A stretch of 24,808 nucleotides of DNA from Candidatus Sumerlaeia bacterium (lineage in GTDB: Bacteria; Sumerlaeota; Sumerlaeia; SLMS01; JANRJK01): contig JANRJK010000032.1 in the NCBI GenBank assembly GCA_033764015.1, positions 1 to 24,808 on the forward strand, written 5' to 3'. Numbering within the stretch: the first letter of the stretch is position 1; every line of letters starts with the position of its first letter. The position numbers and the translations under genes are program-made. The notes under the pieces are model-generated. The model was not told the DNA's origin, ran no database searches, and saw nothing but the letters and a program-made list of their open reading frames with translations. Below, one piece after another: positions 7,335-16,686 of this stretch.

Positions 7335-8045
7335 TTACTGCGTGGCGCGGTCCACGATCGGATTGAGCTGCAACGTCGTGTCGAACACACGGCCCGAGCT
7401 CACGTTGATCTGCCCGAGGGCGACCATGTCGGCGCGTCCCTCGGCGTCCTTGGTGAGCGCCGAGAGGTACATGCTACCGGTCGGGAGGTTCTCGATGCGG
7501 AACTTGCGAGATCCCTGGAAGGGCAGCTCGGCGTAGACCAGCGGCGGGTCGGCGGCGCCCGGCAGCGCGTGCGAGGCCGGGTTGAACGGAACCGCCGTCA
7601 CATAAAGGACGCCGGAAAAGCTGCTCGGATTCCAATTCGGACCGACCACGACCACCTCGATGCGGCCCGGATTGGCGGGGCGGAGCGTCACCTTGCGCTC
7701 CTTGCCGCGGACAACGCTGGTCTCCTTCGGGCCGTAGACCTTCGTCAGCCAATGCGATGCCGACGCCTGCCATTCCGGCGCGGTGTAGGAGATCGTCGTC
7801 AGCGGGCCTTCGGAAATCGGCGGCGGCAGCAGAAGCCCGGGAACGACGTCGTCGCGCACGGTGCCCGGCGGAATCTGCGGCACGGTCGACAGGAAGGCGT
7901 TGTTCACGCCGGTGCCGTTCGACTCTTCGACATAGACCAGCAGCGTGCCCGGCGTGCCCTTCGGCACACTGCCGCAGCCGGAGAGAACGGCGATCGCGAG
8001 CAGCGCCGCGACAAGGGGGGAAACTAGACGCGTCCAGCTCGTCAT
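7335..8045 (-). CDS. Lipoprotein (236 aa) with probable beta-sandwich (carboxypeptidase-regulatory-like) domains
   Basis: Signal MTSWTRLVSPLVAALLAIAVLSG-C with lipobox LSGC; motifs GTLLVYVEESNGTGVNNA and FRIENLPTGSMYLSA. ATG at 8045; the upstream part of the ORF overlaps the photolyase and is not credible. Confidence 0.75.
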   Translation of the reverse strand: MTSWTRLVSPLVAALLAIAVLSGCGSVPKGTPGTLLVYVEESNGTGVNNAFLSTVPQIPPGTVRDDVVPGLLLPPPISEGPLTTISYTAPEWQASASHWLTKVYGPKETSVVRGKERKVTLRPANPGRIEVVVVGPNWNPSSFSGVLYVTAVPFNPASHALPGAADPPLVYAELPFQGSRKFRIENLPTGSMYLSALTKDAEGRADMVALGQINVSSGRVFDTTLQLNPIVDRATQ

Positions 8046-8154
8046 GGATCGGTCCTGCCTTTCGGAAAAATCGGGTGGGGTGCCTCGTTCTTGGCACTGC
8101 TTAATCGCGCGCCCGCAGGGGCACAAGCCGGAACGGGGGATCGGCCGTGGCCTC

Positions 8155-9606
8155 TCAGCCTGCCCCTCCCTTCCGGATCGCCGCGAAGGCGGCCAGCGCC
8201 CGCTCGCGGGCCTGCGCGTGGTCCACCACCGGGCGCGGGTAGTCCGCCCCGAGCGACACCCCCGCCGCGCGGAGCACCGCCGGCGACAGCATCCACGGTT
8301 TGTGGATGTGCGGCGCGGCGAGCTTCGCCAGCTCCGGCACCCAGCGCCGCGTGTAGGCGCCGTCCGGATCGAACTTCTCCGCCTGCAGCACCGGATTGAA
8401 GATGCGGAAGTACGGCGCCGCGTCCGCCCCGCAGCCCGCCGACCACTGCCAGCCCAGCGTGTTGTTCGCCAGGTTCGCATCCACCAGCGTGTCCCAGAAC
8501 CACTCCGCGCCGCGCTGCCACGGCTGGAGCAGGTGCTTCACCAGGAACGACGCCACGATCATCCGCACTCTGTTGTGCATCCACCCCGTCGCCCAAAGTT
8601 CGCGCATCCCCGCGTCGACGATCGGGTAGCCCGTCCGTCCGCGCCGCCAGGCGCGCAGCAGCGCCGCATCCTCGCGCCACGGGAACGCCGCGAAGTCCGC
8701 GCGCAGCGGCTCGCGGTCCGTGCGCGGGAAATGCGTCAGCAGGTGGTGCGCGAACTCGCGCCAGCCGACCTCGCGGAGGAAGTGGTCCGCGGCGCCCCGC
8801 GCCGCCGCGTCTGCGCCGCGGGACGCCCGGCGCGCCGCGTGCCAGACCTGCCGCGGCGAGACCTCGCCCCAGTGCAGGTGCGGCGATAGCCGCGACGTAC
8901 CGTAGTGGTCCGGCCGGTTGCGCTCCTCGTCGTAGTCCGGCATCGCGCGGTCCGTGAAGCGCGCGAGGCGCCGTAGCGCGCCCGCCTCGCCGGGCGACCA
9001 CTCCTCGCGCATCCCCGCCGCCCAGTCGATCCGCGGCAGCAGGCCCAGCGCCTCGAGCGGCAGCGACTCCGGCGCTGCCCCGGGGGCGTGCAGGCGCTCC
9101 GGCGCGGGGAGCGCCGGGGCGGGCTCCTCCATCGCCACCACCGCCCGCCAGAACGGCGAAAACACCGTGTAAGGCTTCCCCTGCTTCGTCGCGATCTCGT
9201 GGCCTTCGAGCAGCACGGCGGACTTGAACGAGCGCGCCTCGACGCCGCGCGCCTTCAGCGCCGCCTTGATCCGCGTCTCGCGCTCGATCAGCGCCGGTTC
9301 GTACAGCCGGTTCCAATACACCGCGGTCGCGCCGGTCTCGCCGAGGAGCCGCTCGAGCTGCGCCAGCGCGGCGCCTTGCCGCAGCACCAGCGGCGCCCCC
9401 GCCTGCGCGAGCGACTTGCCGAGCGCGGCGAGGCTCTGGTGCAACCACCAGCGAGCCGCCCCCCCGGGCTGCCAAGGGGCCTCCTCACTGCCCGACTCGA
9501 TGAAGACGGGCACCACGGGGCGCCCCGTTTCGACGGCGGCGTGCAGGGCCGGATTGTCCGCGAGGCGCAGATCCCGGCGGAACCAGACGATGATGGGGGG
9601 CGTCAC
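8155..9606 (-). CDS. phrB: Deoxyribodipyrimidine photolyase (CPD photolyase, likely class III)
   Basis: IVWFRRDLRLADNPAL, GGAARWWLHQSL, TSRLSPHLHWGEVSPRQ, GRTGYPIVDAGMRELWATGWMHNRVRM, WQWSAGCGADAAPYFRIFNP. Confidence 0.96.
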   Translation of the reverse strand: MTPPIIVWFRRDLRLADNPALHAAVETGRPVVPVFIESGSEEAPWQPGGAARWWLHQSLAALGKSLAQAGAPLVLRQGAALAQLERLLGETGATAVYWNRLYEPALIERETRIKAALKARGVEARSFKSAVLLEGHEIATKQGKPYTVFSPFWRAVVAMEEPAPALPAPERLHAPGAAPESLPLEALGLLPRIDWAAGMREEWSPGEAGALRRLARFTDRAMPDYDEERNRPDHYGTSRLSPHLHWGEVSPRQVWHAARRASRGADAAARGAADHFLREVGWREFAHHLLTHFPRTDREPLRADFAAFPWREDAALLRAWRRGRTGYPIVDAGMRELWATGWMHNRVRMIVASFLVKHLLQPWQRGAEWFWDTLVDANLANNTLGWQWSAGCGADAAPYFRIFNPVLQAEKFDPDGAYTRRWVPELAKLAAPHIHKPWMLSPAVLRAAGVSLGADYPRPVVDHAQARERALAAFAAIRKGGAG

Positions 9607-9642
9607 AGGGCGGCGTGCTCCGGCTGCGCGGCGCGGGCGCCG

Positions 9643-10281
9643 TCAGGCCGGAGCCTGGGCGACGTCGCGGCGCACGTTCTTGGATGTCTTGAGGCCGAGC
9701 AACTGCTCGCGCAGCGAGCCGCTCACGTGGTGCTTCTCGTCGAGCCAGATGCGGAAATAGGCCTCGGCGAAATCGGAGCCGGGAACCGTGCCAAGCGCCT
9801 CGCCATTGAGCAGCAGCGTGGTCCCCACACCCGGCTCGTAGCGCACCTCGTAGCGGTCCCCCGCCTTCACCGGGCGGTAGAGCGCATTCATCTGGTCGAG
9901 CCGGGGGCGGATCGCTTCGAGGTCGATCCGCTTGTTCCGCTTCATCAGTTTCTCCGACCCGTACACGAAATCGTCCGCGTCGAAGGATCGGTTGTACTCG
10001 ATGATGAAGCTCTTCGGCACATCGGCGAGGACCTCCTCCGGCGTGTCGGCCCCGGCCGGCGTGTAGAGAACCGCCCAGTAGATATCCATCATCAGCCACG
10101 TCAGCCGCCCCACGCCCAAGGCGGGGAGCGTTTCGCCCGCAAGGGTCGCCTCCTCGGGGAAGCAGACCTTTTCGTAGCAGATCTGCTCCGGCGCGGGGGG
10201 CTCCCCGGCGCGCGCGGGCAGCATCGCGGCGAGGGCGATCCCGAGCGGAAGAATCTTGTGCAGGCTGGAGTTCTGAAGCAT
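9643..10281 (-). CDS. Secreted chalcone isomerase-like family protein
   Basis: Signal peptide ending PARA; motifs L.G.G......DIY...LY, IEYNRSF, VKAGDRY...Y.PG.GT.LLLNG...G...G..FA.AYF.IWL, LREQLLG. Confidence 0.85.
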   Translation of the reverse strand: MLQNSSLHKILPLGIALAAMLPARAGEPPAPEQICYEKVCFPEEATLAGETLPALGVGRLTWLMMDIYWAVLYTPAGADTPEEVLADVPKSFIIEYNRSFDADDFVYGSEKLMKRNKRIDLEAIRPRLDQMNALYRPVKAGDRYEVRYEPGVGTTLLLNGEALGTVPGSDFAEAYFRIWLDEKHHVSGSLREQLLGLKTSKNVRRDVAQAPA

Positions 10282-10354
10282 GGCGCGACCTCGCGGCGGG
10301 CGTTCGTCCAACTGCGCTGCAAACACCGCACCAATCGGAAGCGGACGAAACGGG

Positions 10355-11176
10355 TCAGCGGCGCGCGTTCGCCATCCCGTAACGGACCAGCGCGAAGTCG
10401 AACCGCGCCGGGTCCGCCGCGTCGATGGCCCGGAGCGCGGCGGTCACCTCGAGCGCCGTCTTCGCCGAGGCGTCCTTCCGAGCCGTGAGGCCCAGCTCGC
10501 GCGCGACGCGCAGCATGTGGACGTCGAGCGGCACCACGAGCCGCGCGGGCGATTCCGCGCGCCACAGCCCGAGGTCGATCCCGTCCGCAGGGCGCACCAC
10601 CCAGCGCAGGAAGAGATGCACCCGTTTGTACGGCGACCCGGCGGCGGCCTCCGCCAGCCCGAACGGCGCGAGCCCAGCCCCCGGCGCGAGCGGTTCGCCC
10701 GCCAAGCTCTTCCCCCGCGACCGCGGCGGGTCGCCACCCAGCCTCCGCAACGCCCCCGCGAAGCGCGGCGCGGTGTCCAGCGTGGTCGCATCCTCCGGCG
10801 CGCGGCTCGCCGACCAGAGCGCCTCGAGGGAGCCATGCGCCCGGAGCACCCCGCCCAGCGCGCGGAACAGGTACTCGAGATCGCGCTCGTGGATGCGGCG
10901 GTAGTAAAGCCCCGCCGCCGCGCGCCGCAGCCCGGCGGCGTCCGCCTCGCGCAGGAACCGCGACGGTTCCGGTCCGAGCCGCGCGAACAGGCGCTCCAGC
11001 GCGCCCCGGATCGCCGCGACATTCCCCCAAGCGAACGAGGCGGCCAGCAGCGCCGCCACCTCCGCATCGGCCGCCGCGGGGTAGCGCTTCGAAAACAGCA
11101 GGGGGTCGTCGCCGATCATGTCGGGCCGATGATATCGCGCGAATAGCGACTCCGCTGGATGGTCGGGGAAGTCCAT
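10355..11176 (-). CDS. TIGR02757 / DUF2400 family protein
   Basis: DDPL.F..RY, EVAALLAASFAWGNV, SPYKRVHLFLRWVVR..DGIDLGLW, LVVPLDVH, LR.ID..DP.RFDFAL; start placed at ATG 11176. Confidence 0.9.
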   Translation of the reverse strand: MDFPDHPAESLFARYHRPDMIGDDPLLFSKRYPAAADAEVAALLAASFAWGNVAAIRGALERLFARLGPEPSRFLREADAAGLRRAAAGLYYRRIHERDLEYLFRALGGVLRAHGSLEALWSASRAPEDATTLDTAPRFAGALRRLGGDPPRSRGKSLAGEPLAPGAGLAPFGLAEAAAGSPYKRVHLFLRWVVRPADGIDLGLWRAESPARLVVPLDVHMLRVARELGLTARKDASAKTALEVTAALRAIDAADPARFDFALVRYGMANARR

Positions 11177-11376
11177 GCGCGGATCGCAGCGCCGCCGCCC
11201 GCCCGGCGCAAGCAAGGCGCGCCGCAAGAACGGCCAAACCGCCGGCCCCCGATTCGTGTCCGCTTGGTTTGGACAGGGGTGCGTCCGGCCGTTGACAGCC
11301 CCGCCCCTCATTGCCCATGAAATCGGACAGCGGCGCCGCTTCGGCGGTTTGCCGCGATCGAAGGAGTTCCACCCCC

Positions 11377-12381
11377 ATGACGTCCTCCCTCCGTTTCGCC
11401 GCCGCGTGTGCTGCGCTGGGCGGATTCCTCTTGGCCAACGGCACCGCCGAGGCCGGCAAGGACCGCTGGTCCTTCTCCTACGGTTACGACTCCCACTCCG
11501 GCAGCAGCATCGGCGTCGGATACAGCTACCGCGACGGCGACAACCGCTTCGCCCTCGGCTACAGCTATAGCGACTGGGACTACGGCTACCACGGCCACCA
11601 TGGCTACCACCGCCGCCCCACCTATCACCACTGGCCCCGTGTCCGCGTCGACTACCGCTACCACTGGTACCCGCGGCACTACGACTATTGCGATCCCTAC
11701 CCCTCGCACACCGTTGTCTACCGCGAGCCGGCGCCGGTCTACTATGTAGCCCAACCGTACGACAGCGGCTACGACCGCGCCGCCGAGGAGGACGCCCGTC
11801 GCTACTCCGCCGCGCAGCAGCAAGCCGCCCGCGCCGCCCAGCCGGAAGTCGTCAGCTACCGCGCCTACGATCCCAACTACACTCCCTCCGCGCAGGAGCT
11901 CGCCCCCCGCGGGGCAGCGCGCACGACAACGTCGGCCCCGCGCCGCGCCTACGAGCAGGCCCGCCCCATCGCCTCCTACACGAATTCCGGCGGCTACTCC
12001 CAGCCCGACTACCGCCAAGCCGCATCCACCCAGCCGGTATACAACCAGCCCGTCGGCAATCGGCCGGAGTATGCGCAGGTCGCCTACAGCGAGCCCGCCT
12101 ACGCCGAGCCGGTGTACGCCGCCGCGCCCGCCTCGCGGACCCGCGTCAACTATAGCTACCGGGACGGCGACTCGCGCGTCAGCTTCCGCTACGTTTCGAC
12201 CCCCACCGCCGTCCGCCGCGCGGCCCCCAAGCCCCCCCGCTCCGTCGACTACGTCCGGGCCCAAGCCCGCCGCCCCGCGCCGTCCAACACGAACCAGAAC
12301 CGCGTCTGGGTTCCCGGTGGCTGGACCGCCGACGGCTCCGGCAACGCGGTTTGGGTTTCGCCGAGGTGGGAGTATAGGTAG
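11377..12381 (+). CDS. Secreted Tyr/His/Pro-rich low-complexity protein (334 aa) with C-terminal WxxGxW-like repeats
   Basis: AAGGAG at 11361-11366, ATG at 11377; signal ending TAEA; strong TAC codon bias; C-terminus RVWVPGGW...VWVSPRWEYR; TTGACA at 11292-11297 upstream. Confidence 0.8.
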   Translation: MTSSLRFAAACAALGGFLLANGTAEAGKDRWSFSYGYDSHSGSSIGVGYSYRDGDNRFALGYSYSDWDYGYHGHHGYHRRPTYHHWPRVRVDYRYHWYPRHYDYCDPYPSHTVVYREPAPVYYVAQPYDSGYDRAAEEDARRYSAAQQQAARAAQPEVVSYRAYDPNYTPSAQELAPRGAARTTTSAPRRAYEQARPIASYTNSGGYSQPDYRQAASTQPVYNQPVGNRPEYAQVAYSEPAYAEPVYAAAPASRTRVNYSYRDGDSRVSFRYVSTPTAVRRAAPKPPRSVDYVRAQARRPAPSNTNQNRVWVPGGWTADGSGNAVWVSPRWEYR

Positions 12382-12421
12382 GCGGAGCTCCCGCTGTGGT
12401 GCTCGCGCATCGCTGAGGTAA

Positions 12422-12460
12422 CGGCGCCGCTGGCCTCCCGCCAGCGGCGCCGCGCTTTGT
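12422..12460 (+). terminator. 13-bp hairpin terminator
   Basis: CGGCGCCGCTGGC / GCCAGCGGCGCCG (12422-12452), then CGCTTTGT, 40 nt after the stop at 12381. Confidence 0.65.
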
Positions 12461-12647
12461 GGATGGCCACTTCGCAGTGCGAGCGGCACTACTTACATTC
12501 GGCTGCCGGAAAATGCGGGCCTCGATCGAGCAAGTGTGCGACCACCAGAAGCCGCGCCAGTCCTCAATCGGTCAGTGTCGAAGCTGCGGAACGGCCGCGT
12601 GCATTCCGCTCGAGTGTCGCCGCCGCCCCCACCGGATGCGTCGAACT

Positions 12648-15110
12648 TTACTCCGCGGCCCCCCGGGCGAACTCGCCGCCCGCGACCGACCAGTCGTTGC
12701 CGAAGTAGCCCGCCGCGACCAGGCCCGCTCCGGAGCCCTCGAACCAGCGGGGGTCGAGCACAAGCACGTCGGGCATCGCCACCCCCGAGCGAAGGTACAT
12801 GGTCGACGCGCTCACGCGGCGGCCGCGCTCGCCCGTCCATGCCACCACGCCGACCAGCGCCGCATCGTCGTCCCGCCGGGGGAACGCGTAGAAGCCCGCG
12901 AACTCGTCCCCCGCGCACGCCAAGTCGCCGACGCTCCAACGTCCATTGCGGAACTCCACGCCGCAGTCGCCCCGCAGCTCCGCCCACGCCGAGTTCAAGT
13001 CGGCGTTGCCGTAAAGGATCACGTTCCGCCCGGCGTGGCCGCCGGCGAGGAACTCGGTGTCGCTGAGCAGCAGCGGCGTGCCGTTGCCTTGGTACGCGAA
13101 CAGCTCCGCGTCGTAGCGCGCGCGCTCGTAACCGAGCAGGTCTTCCTGTTCGCTTCCCTGCGTGCCGTGGACGAGTACCATGCGGTTCTGGAACGCGAGC
13201 TGGAACGGGCCGGAGCGGTGTGGCCCCTTGTCGGCGGGCTCCCAGCGCTCCGCCGGAGTCCAGCCGGCGCCGTCCCGCCGCATGCGCAGGCGGCGGTCGG
13301 CGGGCCAGGGCACCTCGAAGGCCGCGCCGTTGAGCTCGCCCGAGACGGGGCCCTCCGCGAGGCAGCCTGCGAGGTCCACCTCGAACGCCGCCACGTTCTC
13401 CAGCGTGCCGCTCAGCCGGTTTTCCGCGGGCTCCAGGTCGAGATCGGCGCGGGAGGGTTCGAGTTGGCGCTCCTGCTGGCGGATCGTCAGCCACGCGCGG
13501 GATGGGCTGACGGCGGGGTTGGGCGTGATGAAGCGGACGCGGCGAACCTCGGCGGGCGCCGGGAGCCGGGTCTTCGCGAAGAGATCGAAGAGCGGCGGCC
13601 AGTCGAGGCAGTCGGCCCCGTGGCTGCGGAAGCCGTCCCACCAGTGCCCGGCGCCGCGCTCGATGTGCGACTCCGTCGCGATGCCGGACTCCTTCAGCGC
13701 GGCGAGCATCCGCTCCGTCTGCTCCGCCGGCACATTGTCGTCCGCGTCGCCGTGGATCGCGTAGATCGGGCGCCCCCGGAAGTTCTCGATCATCGCGCGG
13801 GGATCCGTCCCGGCGAAGGTGCGCCAGAGCAGTTGCTCCGCGGCGCCGAGATCCCCCGCGTCCTGCTCGCGCGGGTAGGTGCGTCGGCTGATCCAGCCCG
13901 CGCTCGGGCCGACCGCGGCGAAGCGGTCCGGGTAGAGCGACCCCAGATGCCAAGTCCCGTGGCCGCCCATCGAGTGGCCCGTCAGCACCACGCGGGAGGG
14001 GTCGGCGCCTTCGTTCGCTAGCGCCAGCTCGAGCACCTCCAGCGCGTCCAGCCGTCCCCAGTCCTCCCAGTCGAAGCCGTAGGGGCGCCGGTTCGTCGGC
14101 GCGACATGGACCGCCCAGCTTTTCGACGCGTAGGCGGCCGCTTGGTTGGTCGCGTCGACGGCGGCGCCGTGCAGCGAGAAGACCAGTGCGGGGGGCGTCG
14201 CGATGCCGTCGACGGCGGGCACCACAGGGCGCACCGCGTACTTCTGCACCGTATCGTCGATGCGCGACCGGAAGGTGCGCACGCGGAGGTCGTCCGCGCT
14301 GGAGGCGACGAAGATCGTCGAGCCGCCGCGATCCCAGACGGAGCCGTCCGGGCCGAGCAGCTCGAGCGTGATCGAGGTTTCGCGCTCCGCGTCTAGGCCG
14401 GGGGGGGCGACCAGGAAGGCGTCCTTGCGGATCATGAGCGGGGGCAGGTCGGGGAGCGTCGTCAGCAGCTCGCCGCCCTGCCAGGAGGAGCGCACGGAAG
14501 CGCCGCGGATCGTTTCCGTGGTTGTGTTTGCGAGCGCCACGGAAGCGAGCAGCGGCTCTGGCGCGCCCGGCTCCGCCATGGGGAGCGTCAGGTCGCCGGC
14601 GAACAGCTCGACCGCCGCGCGCGGTTCGCGCAGCTCCGGGCTCCAAACCTCGCCCCCTCGAGGCGACAGCAGCCATTCGTTGGCGCCCGCTTCGAGGCGA
14701 ACGGGGATCCACCAAGCGCCTTCGCGGTACGTTTCGCCGCTCCGCAGCGCGCCGTTGAACGTGGCGCGGCCAACCCCGGCGGCCCGCAGCATCAGCGTGC
14801 GGGGCGCGTCCGATTCGATGCGGAACCGCAGCGTCGACCACCACGGCGCTTCCAGTTCGTAGCCGCCGCCTTCGGTGGCGCCGATCGGTTTCCACGGCGC
14901 CGCGGCGCCGCCCCCGATCCAGTCGATCGCGGCGGGGGAGAACGGCGCGAGAGGGTGGCGTTGCTCGGAGGGCCACTCCGGTGAAAGCAGCTCCGCCGAA
15001 GCGGGCGATACCCCGGCCGGCCACTCCGCCGGCGAGGTCTCCGCCGCCATGCAGAGCAGGGCGGAGGCGAGCAGGTGGCCGAAGCCGATGCGCGGTGTGC
15101 GATTGGTCAT
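12648..15110 (-). CDS. Large secreted alpha/beta-hydrolase (S9 peptidase/esterase-like), 820 aa
   Basis: Signal MTNRTPRIGFGHLLASALLCMAA; LVFSLHGA, nucleophile GHSMGG, HGDADDNVP (Asp), GAGHWW (His); extra N- and C-terminal domains. True start ATG at 15110. Confidence 0.88.
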   Translation of the reverse strand: MTNRTPRIGFGHLLASALLCMAAETSPAEWPAGVSPASAELLSPEWPSEQRHPLAPFSPAAIDWIGGGAAAPWKPIGATEGGGYELEAPWWSTLRFRIESDAPRTLMLRAAGVGRATFNGALRSGETYREGAWWIPVRLEAGANEWLLSPRGGEVWSPELREPRAAVELFAGDLTLPMAEPGAPEPLLASVALANTTTETIRGASVRSSWQGGELLTTLPDLPPLMIRKDAFLVAPPGLDAERETSITLELLGPDGSVWDRGGSTIFVASSADDLRVRTFRSRIDDTVQKYAVRPVVPAVDGIATPPALVFSLHGAAVDATNQAAAYASKSWAVHVAPTNRRPYGFDWEDWGRLDALEVLELALANEGADPSRVVLTGHSMGGHGTWHLGSLYPDRFAAVGPSAGWISRRTYPREQDAGDLGAAEQLLWRTFAGTDPRAMIENFRGRPIYAIHGDADDNVPAEQTERMLAALKESGIATESHIERGAGHWWDGFRSHGADCLDWPPLFDLFAKTRLPAPAEVRRVRFITPNPAVSPSRAWLTIRQQERQLEPSRADLDLEPAENRLSGTLENVAAFEVDLAGCLAEGPVSGELNGAAFEVPWPADRRLRMRRDGAGWTPAERWEPADKGPHRSGPFQLAFQNRMVLVHGTQGSEQEDLLGYERARYDAELFAYQGNGTPLLLSDTEFLAGGHAGRNVILYGNADLNSAWAELRGDCGVEFRNGRWSVGDLACAGDEFAGFYAFPRRDDDAALVGVVAWTGERGRRVSASTMYLRSGVAMPDVLVLDPRWFEGSGAGLVAAGYFGNDWSVAGGEFARGAAE

Positions 15111-15212
15111 GGTGCCACTTTTCCGCGACGATGTTCGGCGGGCAATGCATGATTGTCCACTTTGGAGGCGCCCCTCGACACCCCGGGCCCGCTCTGTGCA
15201 TACTCGCACATC

Positions 15213-16607
15213 ATGAGCGGTTTCCTCCCCGGCCTCGTGAACAGCTTCCGCACCAGTGCTTGGAGCATTCCCGGCTACCGTCGGCTCCAGTCTGGGAACC
15301 TGTTCCTCAACATGGGCCGCTTCATCGAGCGCGTCGCCCAGTCGTGGCTGGTCTTCAAGCTCACCGGCGACCCGTTCTGGGTGGGGTTGCATGCCTTCGC
15401 CTCGGACTCGCCGATGCTGGCGGCGGCGCTCCCGGCGGGAACGCTCGCGGACCGGTTCGACAGGCGACGGTTGCTCCTGACGCTCGCGGTGCTCTGGGCG
15501 TTTTCGGCCTTCGGCCTGGCCGGTCTCAGCCTCGCGGGCCTCCTGACGGGCCGTTCCGGGGCGGTGTTGATCGTATCCATCGGCTTGTTCCAAGGCTTCT
15601 GCGGCGCCATCGCCCGCCCGGTGATGTCGTCCTCCTTGCAAGACGTCGTCGGCCGCGAGCACCTCTCCTCCGCGCTGGCGCTGAACAGCGCCTTCTTCAA
15701 TGTCTGCCGCCTCGTCGGCCCGGCGGTGGGCGGCATCCTGCTCGAGCATTACGACAGCGCGACACCGGCGTTCCTGCTCAACTCGCTCGGCTTCCTGATA
15801 GTCTTGCTGGCGTTTTCCGGGGTGCGTCTCGGCAAGGGCGCCGCCTCGCGCAACGAGACTTTCCGCAAGCAGATCGGCGAGGCGCTCCGCCACGGGTTCG
15901 GCCATCCGGGCCTTCGCCGCCTCTGGCTGGGGACGCTTTCCTTCTGCTTCCTGACGGGGCCGATCCAAGGGCTGCTCGTGGTCTTCGTCGACCAGGCCTT
16001 CGGCGGTGGCGCCCGCGCCTACGGCAACATGCTGAGCGCAATGGCGGTCGGCGCGCTTTGCGGCGCCGTGATCGCCGCCAAGGCCCCCGCGCGGATGCCG
16101 CGGCACCACCTGATCCCCATCGCCGGCTTCGCCTACGGCATCGCCGGCATGCTGCTGTCGTTCACCACGGCGCACCACTTCGGCGCGGCGCTCATGGTGC
16201 TGGTCGGGGTTTGCCACTCGACGTTCCTGATCTCGTCGATGACCGCGGTCCAACTGCTCGCGCCCGACGCGATGCGTGGTCGCGTCGTCAGTGTCCAGAT
16301 GGCGTGCTTCGGCGGGATGCCGCTGGGCAACATGCTGGCGGGGTTGCTCGCCAGCCAGTTCGGCGCGCCGCTCACGTTCTTCCTCTACATGGCCGCGCTG
16401 GCGCTCGCCGGCGTCTTTTGGGTCGCGCATCGCATCCCGGCCATCGATGGCGACATGGAGACCACTCCAAGGGCTGGATTTATCGAAGGACTCCGCGCCA
16501 CCCGGCACCGCACGGCGACCGCTTCCCGCACCTTGTCCGAGCCCATCGCCTCCATCGCCCCGATCCCCGAACCCTCCCGGAGCACCGATGGCATCGCCCG
16601 TCCCTGA
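15213..16607 (+). CDS. MFS transporter (EntS/DHA3-like)
   Basis: About 12 hydrophobic segments; motif A GTLADRFDRRRLL; AQSWLVFKLTGDP; LAPDAMRGRVVS. Confidence 0.92.
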   Translation: MSGFLPGLVNSFRTSAWSIPGYRRLQSGNLFLNMGRFIERVAQSWLVFKLTGDPFWVGLHAFASDSPMLAAALPAGTLADRFDRRRLLLTLAVLWAFSAFGLAGLSLAGLLTGRSGAVLIVSIGLFQGFCGAIARPVMSSSLQDVVGREHLSSALALNSAFFNVCRLVGPAVGGILLEHYDSATPAFLLNSLGFLIVLLAFSGVRLGKGAASRNETFRKQIGEALRHGFGHPGLRRLWLGTLSFCFLTGPIQGLLVVFVDQAFGGGARAYGNMLSAMAVGALCGAVIAAKAPARMPRHHLIPIAGFAYGIAGMLLSFTTAHHFGAALMVLVGVCHSTFLISSMTAVQLLAPDAMRGRVVSVQMACFGGMPLGNMLAGLLASQFGAPLTFFLYMAALALAGVFWVAHRIPAIDGDMETTPRAGFIEGLRATRHRTATASRTLSEPIASIAPIPEPSRSTDGIARP

Positions 16608-16686
16608 ACAATTCCGGCGGACCGGCGCGGAAGTCGCTCGGCCTTGTAACCGCACTTCCGAACGCCCCGCAGGCCACGCGACCCCG

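Noticed and set aside
12459..12647. Cys-containing + strand frame (..QVCDH..GQCRSCGTAACIPLEC..) as a third Cys-rich gene, or an ncRNA in this gap
   Set aside because: No SD or convincing signal peptide, the frame runs on antisense through the hydrolase, and no recognisable RNA family structure is present.
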